Part shown: positions 38,392 through 47,784 of the stretch, one piece after another | How positions within the stretch are numbered: position 1 is the stretch's first letter | Layout of the letters: the number at the start of each line of letters is the position of its first letter | Origin: an uncultured Methanosarcinales archaeon | GTDB taxonomy: Archaea; Nanobdellota; Nanobdellia; Woesearchaeales; CAXGTL01 | Direction: 5' to 3' | Assembly (NCBI GenBank): GCA_964535955.1 | Contig: CAZHVK010000005.1 | Coordinates: 1-63,984, forward strand | Length of the DNA: 63,984 nt | Program-made: the position numbers and the translations under genes | The notes under the pieces: model-generated | The model's input: the letters and a program-made list of their open reading frames with translations, nothing else | The model's database searches: none | Told to the model about the DNA's origin: nothing

Positions 38392-38793
38392 ATGACAGAA
38401 CTAAATCAAGTTTGGAAATGTAATATTTGTGGAAATATAATTGCAGTGGTTCATAAAGGTGCTGATTCATTAGTATGTTGTGGTCAGCCAATGGAATTGC
38501 AACAAGAGAAAATTAATGAGGAAGGTACAGAGAAACATCTGCCTGTAGTTGAGTTTGGTGATTGTTCATGTGGTTGTTCTGGTTGTAAATCTGCAAAAGT
38601 CAAAATTGGAAGTGTTGAACATCCAATGGAAGAAAAACATTTTATTGAATTTATTGAAGTAATTGTTGATGGTAAAGTAAATAAAGTGTTTTTAAAACCA
38701 GGACAAAAGCCAGAAGCAGAGTTTTGTTGTGTAAAAGAGAATATACAAGCAAGAGCTTATTGTAATGTGCATGGTTTATGGTCTAAGAAATGA
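38392..38793 (+). CDS. dfx: Desulfoferrodoxin / superoxide reductase
   Basis: CNICGN...CCGQPM, EKHLP, HPM...H, CNVHGLW. Confidence 0.95.
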   Translation: MTELNQVWKCNICGNIIAVVHKGADSLVCCGQPMELQQEKINEEGTEKHLPVVEFGDCSCGCSGCKSAKVKIGSVEHPMEEKHFIEFIEVIVDGKVNKVFLKPGQKPEAEFCCVKENIQARAYCNVHGLWSKK

Positions 38794-39506
38794 AAAGTCC
38801 TATTCAACAAATAAGAAAAGAACTTAAATCACATGTAGATATTAAATACAGAGAAGGTTCTATTAATTTTTTTAAAGAGAAAATAAAAGTTTATGGTGTT
38901 AGGACAGGTATTGTGAGAAGGATTGGTAATAAGTATTGGAAACAAATTAACCACCAATCAACAGACCAAATCTTCAAATTATGCGAACAGTTGCTTAAGT
39001 CAGATTATAATGAAGAATCAACAATTGCATTTGGTTGGGCAAGGAATTGTAAAGATAAGTTTGAGAAAAAACATTTTTCTGTTTTTGAATCTTGGCTAAA
39101 AAAGTATGTTAATAATTGGGCAAAGTGTGATGATTTCTGTACACATTCTTTTAATACACTTTTTTACCAATATCCTGAGTTTTATCCTAGGGTTAAGTCT
39201 TGGACAAAGTCAAAGAATAGATGGATGCGCCGGGCTGCTGCTGTTATACATATATCCCATAACAAAAATTTTTATTCTAAAAAAAACTTAAAACAGATAT
39301 TTGAGATTGCTGATATTCTTTTATTAGACAAAGACGACCTTGTTCAAAAAGGTTATGGATGGATGTTAAAGGTTGCTGAGGAATATTATAGGAAAGAGGT
39401 TTTTGCTTTTGTTATGAAAAGAAAGCAGAGGATGCCAAGGACTTCTCTTCGTTATGCAATTGAAAAAATGCCTGTTAGTTTGAAGAAAAAGGCTATGGCA
39501 AAATGA
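38790..39506 (+). CDS. DNA alkylation repair protein (AlkD-like)
   Basis: NNWAKCD, W.RRAA, DLVQKGYGWMLK, RYAIEK. Confidence 0.9.
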   Translation: MKSPIQQIRKELKSHVDIKYREGSINFFKEKIKVYGVRTGIVRRIGNKYWKQINHQSTDQIFKLCEQLLKSDYNEESTIAFGWARNCKDKFEKKHFSVFESWLKKYVNNWAKCDDFCTHSFNTLFYQYPEFYPRVKSWTKSKNRWMRRAAAVIHISHNKNFYSKKNLKQIFEIADILLLDKDDLVQKGYGWMLKVAEEYYRKEVFAFVMKRKQRMPRTSLRYAIEKMPVSLKKKAMAK

Positions 39507-39552
39507 AAAAATTAATTAATCAAATTAATAAAATAAAAAGGAGGATGATACA

Positions 39553-39789
39553 ATGTCAAAAGTGATTGTTTATGGAACTGCAGCATGTCCATGGTGTGAC
39601 AAAGTAAAGGATTTTTTAAAAGAAACAAATGTGGAATTTGAATACATTGATGTGGGTGCTGATCAAGAAAAAGCAAAAGAAATGGTTGAAAAATCTAAAC
39701 AAATGGGTGTTCCTGTTATAGATGTTGATGGAACAATTGTTGTAGGATTTGATATTAAGAAATTGAAAGAGTTGTTGAAAATAGAATGA
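39553..39789 (+). CDS. Glutaredoxin (NrdH-redoxin-like)
   Basis: CPWC, QMGVPV, VGFD. Confidence 0.93.
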   Translation: MSKVIVYGTAACPWCDKVKDFLKETNVEFEYIDVGADQEKAKEMVEKSKQMGVPVIDVDGTIVVGFDIKKLKELLKIE

Positions 39790-40961
39790 ATCAAAAACAA
39801 TATGACAGCATAATAATACATTATGCAGAAATAGGATTAAAAGGTAAGAATAGATATAGTTTTGAAAGATTGTTAATTAAAAATATTAAGATTAAGTGTG
39901 GTGATATGATTAAATCATGTTCACGTGATGCTGGTCAAATCACAATTAGTATTGGTGATAAAATTGATGCTGAAAAACTGCAAGATGTGTTGATAAGAAT
40001 TCCTGGTATTGCTTATTTTTCATTTGCAAAAAAATGTAAACTTGATTTAAGTGCTATCAAGAAATGTTCTGTTGATTTTGTAAAAGATATTAAATATAAA
40101 ACATTTAAAATAGATGCAAGACGGCATAATAAATCTTTTAAACCTACTTCTATGAAAGTAAATGAGTTGGTTGGAGAAACTGTTCTTGATAAATATGAAA
40201 ATTTAGGAATAAAAGTAAGAATGAAGGATCCTGATTTAATTGTTAAAGTAGAAATATCTAATAAAAATGCATTTGTTTCATGTGAAGATATTGATGGTGT
40301 TGGTGGTTTGCCAACAAATCCCAGCCAAAAAGTTGTTGCACTAATATCAGGTGGTTTTGATAGTCCTGTTGCTTCCTATCTTATGATGAAGCGTGGTTGT
40401 GAAGTTATTTTAGTGCATTTTCATAATAAAAATCAAATGTCTGCTTCTGTTAAAGATAAGATTGAAAGTTTAGCAAAACAATTGTCAAAGTATCAGGTTA
40501 AAACAAAGTTGTACATAGTTCCTTTTGAAAAGATTCAAAAAGATATTATCATGAAAGTTCATTCTAAGCTACGGATGCTTGTTTATAGAAGATTTATGAT
40601 AAAGATTGCAAGTACGATTGCTAACATTGTTGGTGGAAAGTTTTTGGTTGTTGGTGATTCTTTGTCACAAGTTGCATCACAGACAATTGACAATTTGCAG
40701 GCAACTTATCATGGTTCTGATGTTCATATATTATCTCCATTGATTGGTTTAGATAAAAAAGAGATTATTGACATATCTAAAAAAATTAGTACATATGATA
40801 TATCTAAATTACCATATGGTGATTGCTGTTCTTATTTTCTACCAAAACATCCTATGTTAAGGGCTGATATTGAGATGTTAGATAAATTAATAAATGAATT
40901 TGATATTCCTAAGTTAGTTAAAGATGCTGTTAAGAATGCTAAGTTGGTGGAATTTAAATGA
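39786..40961 (+). CDS. thiI: tRNA 4-thiouridine synthase
   Basis: HYAEIGLKGKNR, THUMP region, SGGFDS, GDSLSQVASQT, DCC. Confidence 0.95.
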   Translation: MNQKQYDSIIIHYAEIGLKGKNRYSFERLLIKNIKIKCGDMIKSCSRDAGQITISIGDKIDAEKLQDVLIRIPGIAYFSFAKKCKLDLSAIKKCSVDFVKDIKYKTFKIDARRHNKSFKPTSMKVNELVGETVLDKYENLGIKVRMKDPDLIVKVEISNKNAFVSCEDIDGVGGLPTNPSQKVVALISGGFDSPVASYLMMKRGCEVILVHFHNKNQMSASVKDKIESLAKQLSKYQVKTKLYIVPFEKIQKDIIMKVHSKLRMLVYRRFMIKIASTIANIVGGKFLVVGDSLSQVASQTIDNLQATYHGSDVHILSPLIGLDKKEIIDISKKISTYDISKLPYGDCCSYFLPKHPMLRADIEMLDKLINEFDIPKLVKDAVKNAKLVEFK

Positions 40962-41497
40962 ATCAAAAACAAATAGGGACAATATTATTAATTATTGGGA
41001 TTTTATTAGGTAGTTTAGTTTATGTTATTAAATATAATGAAGACCAGGTTATTAATAAAATAATTGCAGAACAAGATTCTTGTTTTTTAGAAGATGGTAC
41101 TTGTCTGCACGAGAGTAGAAACTTTACTTTTTATGTTTTTGGTTGGATTATATCTGCTGCATTGATTATTTTAGGTGTCTATCTTATGTTTGATAAAACA
41201 CAGCAGGTATTGGCTGATCACCAAGTTAAGGTAAGCAGTGCACTTAAGGAAGCAAAAGAAATGGAAAAAGAAAAAGATGAATTCAAGGCTTTCTTATCTG
41301 GTTTTGATGAAAATGAACAAAAAGTAATCAAAGCAATACATGAACAAGATGGTATACAGCAGTCTACTCTTAGATTTCGTGTTGGAATGTCCAAAGCTTC
41401 ATTGTCTTTGATGTTAAAATCACTTGAAGATCGTGATATAATTAGTAGAAAGACTAGTGGTAAGACTAATGAAGTATATTTAAGGAAGAAATTTTGA
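40958..41497 (+). CDS. Membrane-anchored winged-helix transcription regulator
   Basis: Two TM helices flanking CFLEDGTCLH; C-terminal GIQQSTL...MSKASLS...LE.R.II.R...GKTN.V wHTH. Confidence 0.8.
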   Translation: MNQKQIGTILLIIGILLGSLVYVIKYNEDQVINKIIAEQDSCFLEDGTCLHESRNFTFYVFGWIISAALIILGVYLMFDKTQQVLADHQVKVSSALKEAKEMEKEKDEFKAFLSGFDENEQKVIKAIHEQDGIQQSTLRFRVGMSKASLSLMLKSLEDRDIISRKTSGKTNEVYLRKKF

Positions 41498-41615
41498 AAA
41501 TAGCTTTCTAAACATTCTCCTTGCTAAATTCTGCAATTGTAAACGGTTAAGCAGTGTTTTCTTGTGTGGAATGGTATTAATATAAGTATGATTTTATTAG
41601 TTATGAGGTGTTTTT

Positions 41616-42446
41616 ATGGAACATGATGATACTAATAAGAATAAAGAAATAAAACAAGATAATGTAATGGATTGTTGTAAACCACAAAATAAATCTTATG
41701 AAAATAAGGAAAATAATAAAGAAAGAAAGAAAACATTAATGCAAGGTCTAATCTATGGAACAATCCCTCATATTGGATGTATTATGTTTATAATTGGCTC
41801 TATATTAGGTGTGACTATGTTGATGCAGTTTTTTAAACCATTGCTGATGAATAGATATTTTTTTCACTTCCTGATATTGATTTCATTAATGTTTGCAACT
41901 TTATCATCATGGTTATACCTTAGAAAGAATGGTTTGATGTCATTTGCTGGAATGAAAAAGAAATGGAAATACCTTTCGATAATGTATGGCTCTACAATTG
42001 GAATCAATCTAATATTATTCATGTTAATATTTCCAATGTTAGCCAATGTTTCCATTGCATCACCCACTGGAAGTGTTGTTGCTGACATTGGAGAATTATC
42101 ATCTGTAAAACTAAAAGTTGATATACCTTGTCCTGGTCATGCACCTTTAATTTCCGAAGAATTAAAAACTATTAATGGTATTAGAAGTATTGAATTTAGT
42201 TTTCCTAATAATTTTGATGTTGAATATGATTCAAGTGTTGCATCTTTGTCTGATATCAAGTCATTAGATGTGTTTCAAACTTATGTGATTGAAGAAGTGG
42301 ATGGTGAAATTGTTGATTATGGAAAGAGTTATGGTGATGATAATAGAGATAATTATAATGTAAATAATGTTCAATCATCTCAACCCAAAGGCTGCAGCAG
42401 CTGCGGCAGCTGTAGTGGTGCTTGTGGTGGAACATGTGCTATCTAA
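41616..42446 (+). CDS. Membrane protein with HMA-like domain and Cys-rich tail
   Basis: PHIGC TM motif, VDIPCPGH HMA-like fold, C-terminal CSSCGSCSGACGGTC. Confidence 0.75.
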   Translation: MEHDDTNKNKEIKQDNVMDCCKPQNKSYENKENNKERKKTLMQGLIYGTIPHIGCIMFIIGSILGVTMLMQFFKPLLMNRYFFHFLILISLMFATLSSWLYLRKNGLMSFAGMKKKWKYLSIMYGSTIGINLILFMLIFPMLANVSIASPTGSVVADIGELSSVKLKVDIPCPGHAPLISEELKTINGIRSIEFSFPNNFDVEYDSSVASLSDIKSLDVFQTYVIEEVDGEIVDYGKSYGDDNRDNYNVNNVQSSQPKGCSSCGSCSGACGGTCAI

Positions 42447-42495
42447 AGGTTTAAATATAATACAAATAAAAGATTATTAATATGAAAAAAATAAT

Positions 42496-43527
42496 ATGGT
42501 GAATATTGTGAAAAAAGAATGTCCACATTGTGTTGTCAAAAAAAAGAAATGGTATAAGGAAAAAATCTTTATAATTAGTTTAATTGTTACTGTTTTGTTA
42601 GGTGTATCATATTATGTTGCATTTCTTAACCCATTCTTTAATGCATTTATGGATTATCTTAAATTAATCTGGTGGGCTGTATTGCTTGGTCTGTTTTTAG
42701 GAGGAGTTATTGATTATTTTGTTCCAAGAGAATATATTGAAAAATATTTAGGCCAACATAAAAAAAGAACAATATTTTATGCTGTTATATTTGGTTTTTT
42801 CATGAGTGCTTGTAGTCATGGCATTTTAGCAATTGCAATGCAATTATATAAAAAAGGTGCAAACACTTCTTCTGTGATTGCTTTTCTTTTAGCAGCTCCA
42901 TGGGCTAATTTTCCATTAATGATATTATTCTTTGGTTTCTTTGGATGGAAAGCTTTGTTTATTGTTTTAAGTGCAATTGTTATTGCAATAATTACTGGAT
43001 TTATATATCAAATGTTAGAAAGAAAAGGAATGGTTGAGAATAATTTAAATAAAGGTGATTATGATTATTCTGTTTTAGATGATATAAAGCAAAGGACTAG
43101 GAATTTTGAGTGGAATTTTAATAAAATAGGGAAAGGTGTGTTTTCTGGAATGTGGTCATTAGCTAAAATGGTTGTTTGGTGGATATTGATTGGTATGATA
43201 TTAGCTTCTTTGGCAGGTGCATATATTCCAGAAATGATTTTTATGAAATATATGGGTGCAACTTTGATAGGTATGATAGTTGTTTTGGTTGTTGCAACAG
43301 TAATTGAAGTTTGTTCAGAAGGCTCAGCACCAATGGCATTTGAAATATTTAAACAAACAGGGGCATTTGGTAATAGTTTTATATTCTTAATGGCAGGAGT
43401 TGCAACTGATTATACAGAAATAGGATTAATATGGTCAAACATAGGAAAAAAAGCAGCAATTTGGCTGCCAATAATAACAGTTCCTCAAATCTTGATTCTA
43501 GGTTATGTATTTAATTTGTTGTTATAA
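42496..43527 (+). CDS. DUF318/ArsP-family permease
   Basis: SACSHG, AFLLAAP, EVCSEG, FLMAG motifs. Confidence 0.88.
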   Translation: MVNIVKKECPHCVVKKKKWYKEKIFIISLIVTVLLGVSYYVAFLNPFFNAFMDYLKLIWWAVLLGLFLGGVIDYFVPREYIEKYLGQHKKRTIFYAVIFGFFMSACSHGILAIAMQLYKKGANTSSVIAFLLAAPWANFPLMILFFGFFGWKALFIVLSAIVIAIITGFIYQMLERKGMVENNLNKGDYDYSVLDDIKQRTRNFEWNFNKIGKGVFSGMWSLAKMVVWWILIGMILASLAGAYIPEMIFMKYMGATLIGMIVVLVVATVIEVCSEGSAPMAFEIFKQTGAFGNSFIFLMAGVATDYTEIGLIWSNIGKKAAIWLPIITVPQILILGYVFNLLL

Positions 43528-43565
43528 CTATTTTTCTTTTTTAGTTGTTTTTTATTGTTTTCTTT

Positions 43566-43748
43566 TTATTTCTTTTTCTTTTTTACACCTAAGAATGTTG
43601 CTACAACACCAGATAGAATCCAGAAAGTGAGTGCTATAACTACTCCAGTTAATACATCATATAATTGTGTTAACCAACCAACTAATAATGCTATTAATCC
43701 TAGACCACCTAATAATTTTACTAAAGCTAACTTTGTATTTTTTCTCAT
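43566..43748 (-). CDS. Small two-TM membrane protein
   Basis: Two hydrophobic helices, basic termini, GGGGTG SD. Confidence 0.7.
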   Translation of the reverse strand: MRKNTKLALVKLLGGLGLIALLVGWLTQLYDVLTGVVIALTFWILSGVVATFLGVKKKKK

Positions 43749-43862
43749 TTAGTATACACCCCCAAAGATATCTTTATTTATATCTCTTTATATCTCTTTT
43801 ATATATAAATTTACTGGTTTACACCAAAGATTTATATATTATAAGTCTATAAATAGTACTAA

Positions 43863-43923
43863 AGAGGTGTCACAAATGAATTTGTGTACCTCTAAATCAA
43901 AATTAAGAGGTGATATCATATGA
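43863..43923 (+). promoter_or_regulatory. Leader hairpin with duplicated SD and uORF (43876-43923, MNLCTSKSKLRGDII) coupled to the cupredoxin gene
   Basis: AGAGGT-GT-CACAAAT..ATTTGTG-T-ACCTCT hairpin; ACCTCT also complements the true SD AGAGGT (43906-43911); ATGA overlap. Confidence 0.5.
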
Positions 43924-44345
43924 AGAAAATATTATTATTGGCTGTTTTGATGGTTCTATTACTTTTAATTGGATGTGCAGCACCTGAAGCACCAAGTGAA
44001 CCAAGCGAACCAAAAGCGCCTGCAACACCTGAAGTACCAAGTGAACCAGAAGCGCCTGAAGTACCTAGTGAACCTGAAGTACCAGTAGCACCAGCAGAAG
44101 GAAATGTTGTTCTTAAAAATGGTGTACTTGAACCAGCAGAAATAACTATTAAAGTTGGCGGAAGTGTAACATGGACTGTTGAATCTGAAGGAACACATAT
44201 ATTGACATCAAGCCAGTATAGGTTTAATTCAGGAAGCTTAACACAAGGTGGAACATTTACACAAGAATTTGATAGAGCAGGAAGATATGAATATGTTTGT
44301 GCACTACATCCACAAGTAAGAGGACTTATTCTTGTTGAAGAATAA
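43920..44345 (+). CDS. Cupredoxin (plastocyanin/halocyanin-like) lipoprotein with Pro/Glu linker
   Basis: LIGC lipobox; VGGSVTW, H, G.YEYVCALHP. Confidence 0.88.
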   Translation: MKKILLLAVLMVLLLLIGCAAPEAPSEPSEPKAPATPEVPSEPEAPEVPSEPEVPVAPAEGNVVLKNGVLEPAEITIKVGGSVTWTVESEGTHILTSSQYRFNSGSLTQGGTFTQEFDRAGRYEYVCALHPQVRGLILVEE

Positions 44346-44387
44346 ATTTATTTTTTTTGTTTTTTTCTTTAATTTTAATTGTTTAAT

Positions 44388-45551
44388 TTAACCAATCAAT
44401 TCATTAACTAATTCTTCAACACTCACAATCTTGTAAATTCTGTATGCTTCTGTTCCGCATGTGAATAAACCTTTGCTACTAGCACATCCTTTTCCAGGAC
44501 ATGGTCCACCGCGAAGAGCATATCTTTCAGGACACACATCATCATCAACAATATATTCTTTCTTGATACCTGCACCACCTAATAATGTGGAACATATACA
44601 GAAAGAATTATTCTTATGTTCTTGTTGTGCTAAAGGAGAATTCTTAATATACCTAAAAGGCAAGCCACATGGTGAACCCCAGTTTTTATTTGCAATCACT
44701 ATTTCATCTTGTTTAACATCGACTAATGCTTGTTTAAATTCATCAGAAGCACCACTTTCATATGTTGCTGCAAATCTTGTTCCTATCTGAACAGCTACAA
44801 CACCTGGTTGTGAAAGTGCATAAACAATGTCATCATGTGTGTATATACCTCCTGCAACAATAATTGGTATTGGTCCATATTCTTTTGATCCATATTTTTC
44901 TGCAACATCTAAAATACTGCCATATTTATTTTTTTTATCATCAATTCCAATCTCTGTTAGTAATTTGAATAAATCATAATTTTCTAAAAATTTATCTCCT
45001 GATTTCTTTACTTTTTTATAATTAAATCCTAAGTGACCCCCTGCTTTTGGTCCTTCTAAAACAACAGCATCTGGAGTATAATTCTGTTTTTCCCATTTTT
45101 GACATATTAATTCGAAAGCCTGTGCTGTTGAAATAATTGGAATCAAATTAATTTTATGATCTATTCCTGCATATTTTTCTACTAAACTAGGGAGAGTATT
45201 TGGTAAACCTGCACCAGAGATAATTATGTCAACACCACCTTTTACAGCACCTTCTACTGATTTGTCATAAGATGAAAAAAGTGCACGCATTATATTTATT
45301 GCTGCAATTCCTGCTTCTTTTTTTGTATCCCTTATCTCTATTTCAGTTGCTTCTACTAAATCCATTCTAGGCTTTCCTAATCTCCTAGCAGTGAATTGAT
45401 CTAATGCTGCGCTAGAAACAGTACCAATACAACCATGTTTACCAACTTCTGATGCTAATTCAAAAAGAGAAATTCCTGCTCCCATTCCACCCTGGATTAT
45501 TGGGTAACATGGTTCTATTCCTTTTAATTTAAAACTCTTTTTTAGTTTCAT
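44388..45551 (-). CDS. Nitronate monooxygenase / FabK-like flavoprotein
   Basis: IIQGGMG, SGAGLP, EGPKAGGHLG, AGGI, QIGTRF. Confidence 0.9.
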   Translation of the reverse strand: MKLKKSFKLKGIEPCYPIIQGGMGAGISLFELASEVGKHGCIGTVSSAALDQFTARRLGKPRMDLVEATEIEIRDTKKEAGIAAINIMRALFSSYDKSVEGAVKGGVDIIISGAGLPNTLPSLVEKYAGIDHKINLIPIISTAQAFELICQKWEKQNYTPDAVVLEGPKAGGHLGFNYKKVKKSGDKFLENYDLFKLLTEIGIDDKKNKYGSILDVAEKYGSKEYGPIPIIVAGGIYTHDDIVYALSQPGVVAVQIGTRFAATYESGASDEFKQALVDVKQDEIVIANKNWGSPCGLPFRYIKNSPLAQQEHKNNSFCICSTLLGGAGIKKEYIVDDDVCPERYALRGGPCPGKGCASSKGLFTCGTEAYRIYKIVSVEELVNELIG

Positions 45552-45605
45552 ATGGTTATAAAATAATTATTTATTTATATAGATTATTGTCTTTTATTAT
45601 TTATA

Positions 45606-46700
45606 TTATTTTTTACCCTTTTTAACCCTTTGCATTACAATATCCATTGCTGCATCTCTTGGCATAATCTGTTTGTCTCTTGCAGTGTCTAAGACTATTT
45701 TTGTGTTTTTTACTATTCTTTCTTCAACCATCTTAAACATTGTCTCAGATGTGCCTTCAATATACTCAACATAAGAACTTATGACTCCACCTGCATTGGC
45801 AACAAAGTCTGGAACTATTAAAACTCCTTTTTCATGAAGCTTTTTTTCTACTTCATAAGACATTGCAATATTTGAACCTTGTACTATCAGTTTAAATTTC
45901 ATTCTCTGTATGTCATTTTCTTTGATTAAGTCTGGAATTGCTGCTGTTATCAGAATGTCTGCTTGGATGTCTAATATTTTGTTTCTTTCCATTACTTCTC
46001 CATCTTCATACTTTGTGACTGTTCTTTGTTGTTTTTTTACTTGTGCTAGTTTTTCAAAGTCTAGTCCTTCTGCATTGTAAATAAGTCCTTTGGAATCTGA
46101 TACTGCTACTAACTTTGCACCTGCTTGTGTGAGATATTTTGCAACAAACCAACCAACATTTCCAAAACCTTCTACAGCAAAACTTGCCTCACCTACTTTT
46201 ACATTCATGTGATGCAAAGCAACTAAAGTCGAATGATATACTCCAAAACCTGTTGAACCTAGTTCATGAGGAAGTCCTCCCATAGACTTTGGTTTACCTG
46301 TGCAGGATTTCATATCATTATTTGCATTTGCAAACCATTGCATTTCTTGCTCAGCCATGTTCATGTCAGGCGCTGCAACATATTGGTGAGGGGTGACTGG
46401 TTTAAGTGCTTTTGAAAATGCTTGAACAATTGCTTGTTTTTTTTCTGGAGTTATTTTTTTAGAATTTGCAATTATGCCTGACTTTGCTCCGCCAAATGGT
46501 AGCTCTGCCATTGCGCATTTCCAAGTCATTGTTCTTGCTAATCTAAAGACTTCTTCTTTTGTTACAGAAGACGTCATTCTGATTCCACCTTTGCCAGGTC
46601 CTAGTCTTGTGTTATCGATTACAACAAAGCCTCTCATCTCTGTCTTAGGATCATAAACTTCTAGAATTTTTTCTGGTCCGAATTCGTCGTACATTTCCAT
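45606..46700 (-). CDS. gdhA: Glu/Leu/Phe/Val dehydrogenase (glutamate dehydrogenase-like)
   Basis: GPGKGGIR, MTWK, GGAKSG, APDM, GFGNVG, PDFVANAGGV. Confidence 0.88.
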   Translation of the reverse strand: MEMYDEFGPEKILEVYDPKTEMRGFVVIDNTRLGPGKGGIRMTSSVTKEEVFRLARTMTWKCAMAELPFGGAKSGIIANSKKITPEKKQAIVQAFSKALKPVTPHQYVAAPDMNMAEQEMQWFANANNDMKSCTGKPKSMGGLPHELGSTGFGVYHSTLVALHHMNVKVGEASFAVEGFGNVGWFVAKYLTQAGAKLVAVSDSKGLIYNAEGLDFEKLAQVKKQQRTVTKYEDGEVMERNKILDIQADILITAAIPDLIKENDIQRMKFKLIVQGSNIAMSYEVEKKLHEKGVLIVPDFVANAGGVISSYVEYIEGTSETMFKMVEERIVKNTKIVLDTARDKQIMPRDAAMDIVMQRVKKGKK

Positions 46701-46708
46701 TTTCTATT

Positions 46709-46837
46709 CCTCCAATGAAACTGTCGCCTGTTAAGGCCAGTGAACAAATGTTAATTCTCGTAAGACTGCATTGGTGCTCAATTAATAGTTTTGTGAACAT
46801 TGAGCATGTGAACGAGACAGTTTCATTTTTTTCACCT
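46709..46837 (-). promoter_or_regulatory. Structured leader with SD-led uORF (46826-46782, MKLSRSHAQCSQNY) upstream of gdh
   Basis: Perfect 12-bp stem AATGAAACTGTC/GACAGTTTCATT ending at the GGAGG SD; inner helices TCTCGT/ACGAGA, TGCTCAAT/ATTGAGCA, GCCT/AGGC. Confidence 0.65.
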
Positions 46838-46851
46838 ATAGTTTCATAAGT

Positions 46852-47784
46852 TTATTTCTTACTCTTAATAAATTTAAAAGCACTGAACGAAGCAGTTGCA
46901 CCTTGTGAAGCTGCCATAATACCTTGCTTAAATACAGTGTCTGTTACATCACCTGCTGCATATATTCCATCTATATTTGTTTTTGATTCTTTATCAATGA
47001 TTATCTCTGTTCTTTCATTCAATTTTACATCTAATCTTTTTGCTAAGTATGAGCCAGGTATTTGTCCTATTTCTATAAATACTCCATCAATTTGTAATTC
47101 ATTTTCACCTTTAAAATCATTGTCTAATATAACTGATTTGACCATTGCTTCGCCTTTTATCTGTAAAATGTTTGTATTATATATTACTGTTATCTTTGGA
47201 TTGTCTAAAACTCTTTGCAAATTCATTGGTTCTGCTCTTAATTTGTCTCTTCTATATATTATGTAAACCTTTTGTGCATGTTCTGTTAATAATAATGCTT
47301 CTTTTGCAGCTGAATCACTTCCGCCTACAACTGCGATTGTCTTGTCTTTGAATAATGGACCATCGCATAATGCACAATAAGAAACACCTTTGTTTTCAAA
47401 ATCTTTTGCACCTGGAACATCTAGTTTTCTCCTTTCAGAACCTGTTGCAAAGATGATTGTCTTTGTTTCATATTCTACATCTTTTGTTATCACTTTGAAT
47501 GTTTGATCTTGTTTTTTTACATCAATCACTTCTTGTTCTTGAAATTCAGTTTCTTTGTAAGATTCTGCATGTTCTTGTAATTGTTTTGCTAAATCTTTCC
47601 CAGATATTGATTTGATTCCTGGCCAGTTTTCTATCAAGTGTGTGTCTTGTATCAATCCACCATACCTCTTACCGAGAATTAGAGTATTTAACTTGAATCT
47701 TGCATTGTATATTGCAGCTGAATAACCTGCTATGCCTGTTCCGATTATTATTGTGTCATATATTTTAATCACCCTGAATATCAT
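46852..47784 (-). CDS. trxB: Thioredoxin reductase (start uncertain)
   Basis: IIGTGIAG, IENWPG, GVSYCALCDG, VGGSDSA, AAGDV. Confidence 0.93.
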   Translation of the reverse strand: MIFRVIKIYDTIIIGTGIAGYSAAIYNARFKLNTLILGKRYGGLIQDTHLIENWPGIKSISGKDLAKQLQEHAESYKETEFQEQEVIDVKKQDQTFKVITKDVEYETKTIIFATGSERRKLDVPGAKDFENKGVSYCALCDGPLFKDKTIAVVGGSDSAAKEALLLTEHAQKVYIIYRRDKLRAEPMNLQRVLDNPKITVIYNTNILQIKGEAMVKSVILDNDFKGENELQIDGVFIEIGQIPGSYLAKRLDVKLNERTEIIIDKESKTNIDGIYAAGDVTDTVFKQGIMAASQGATASFSAFKFIKSKK

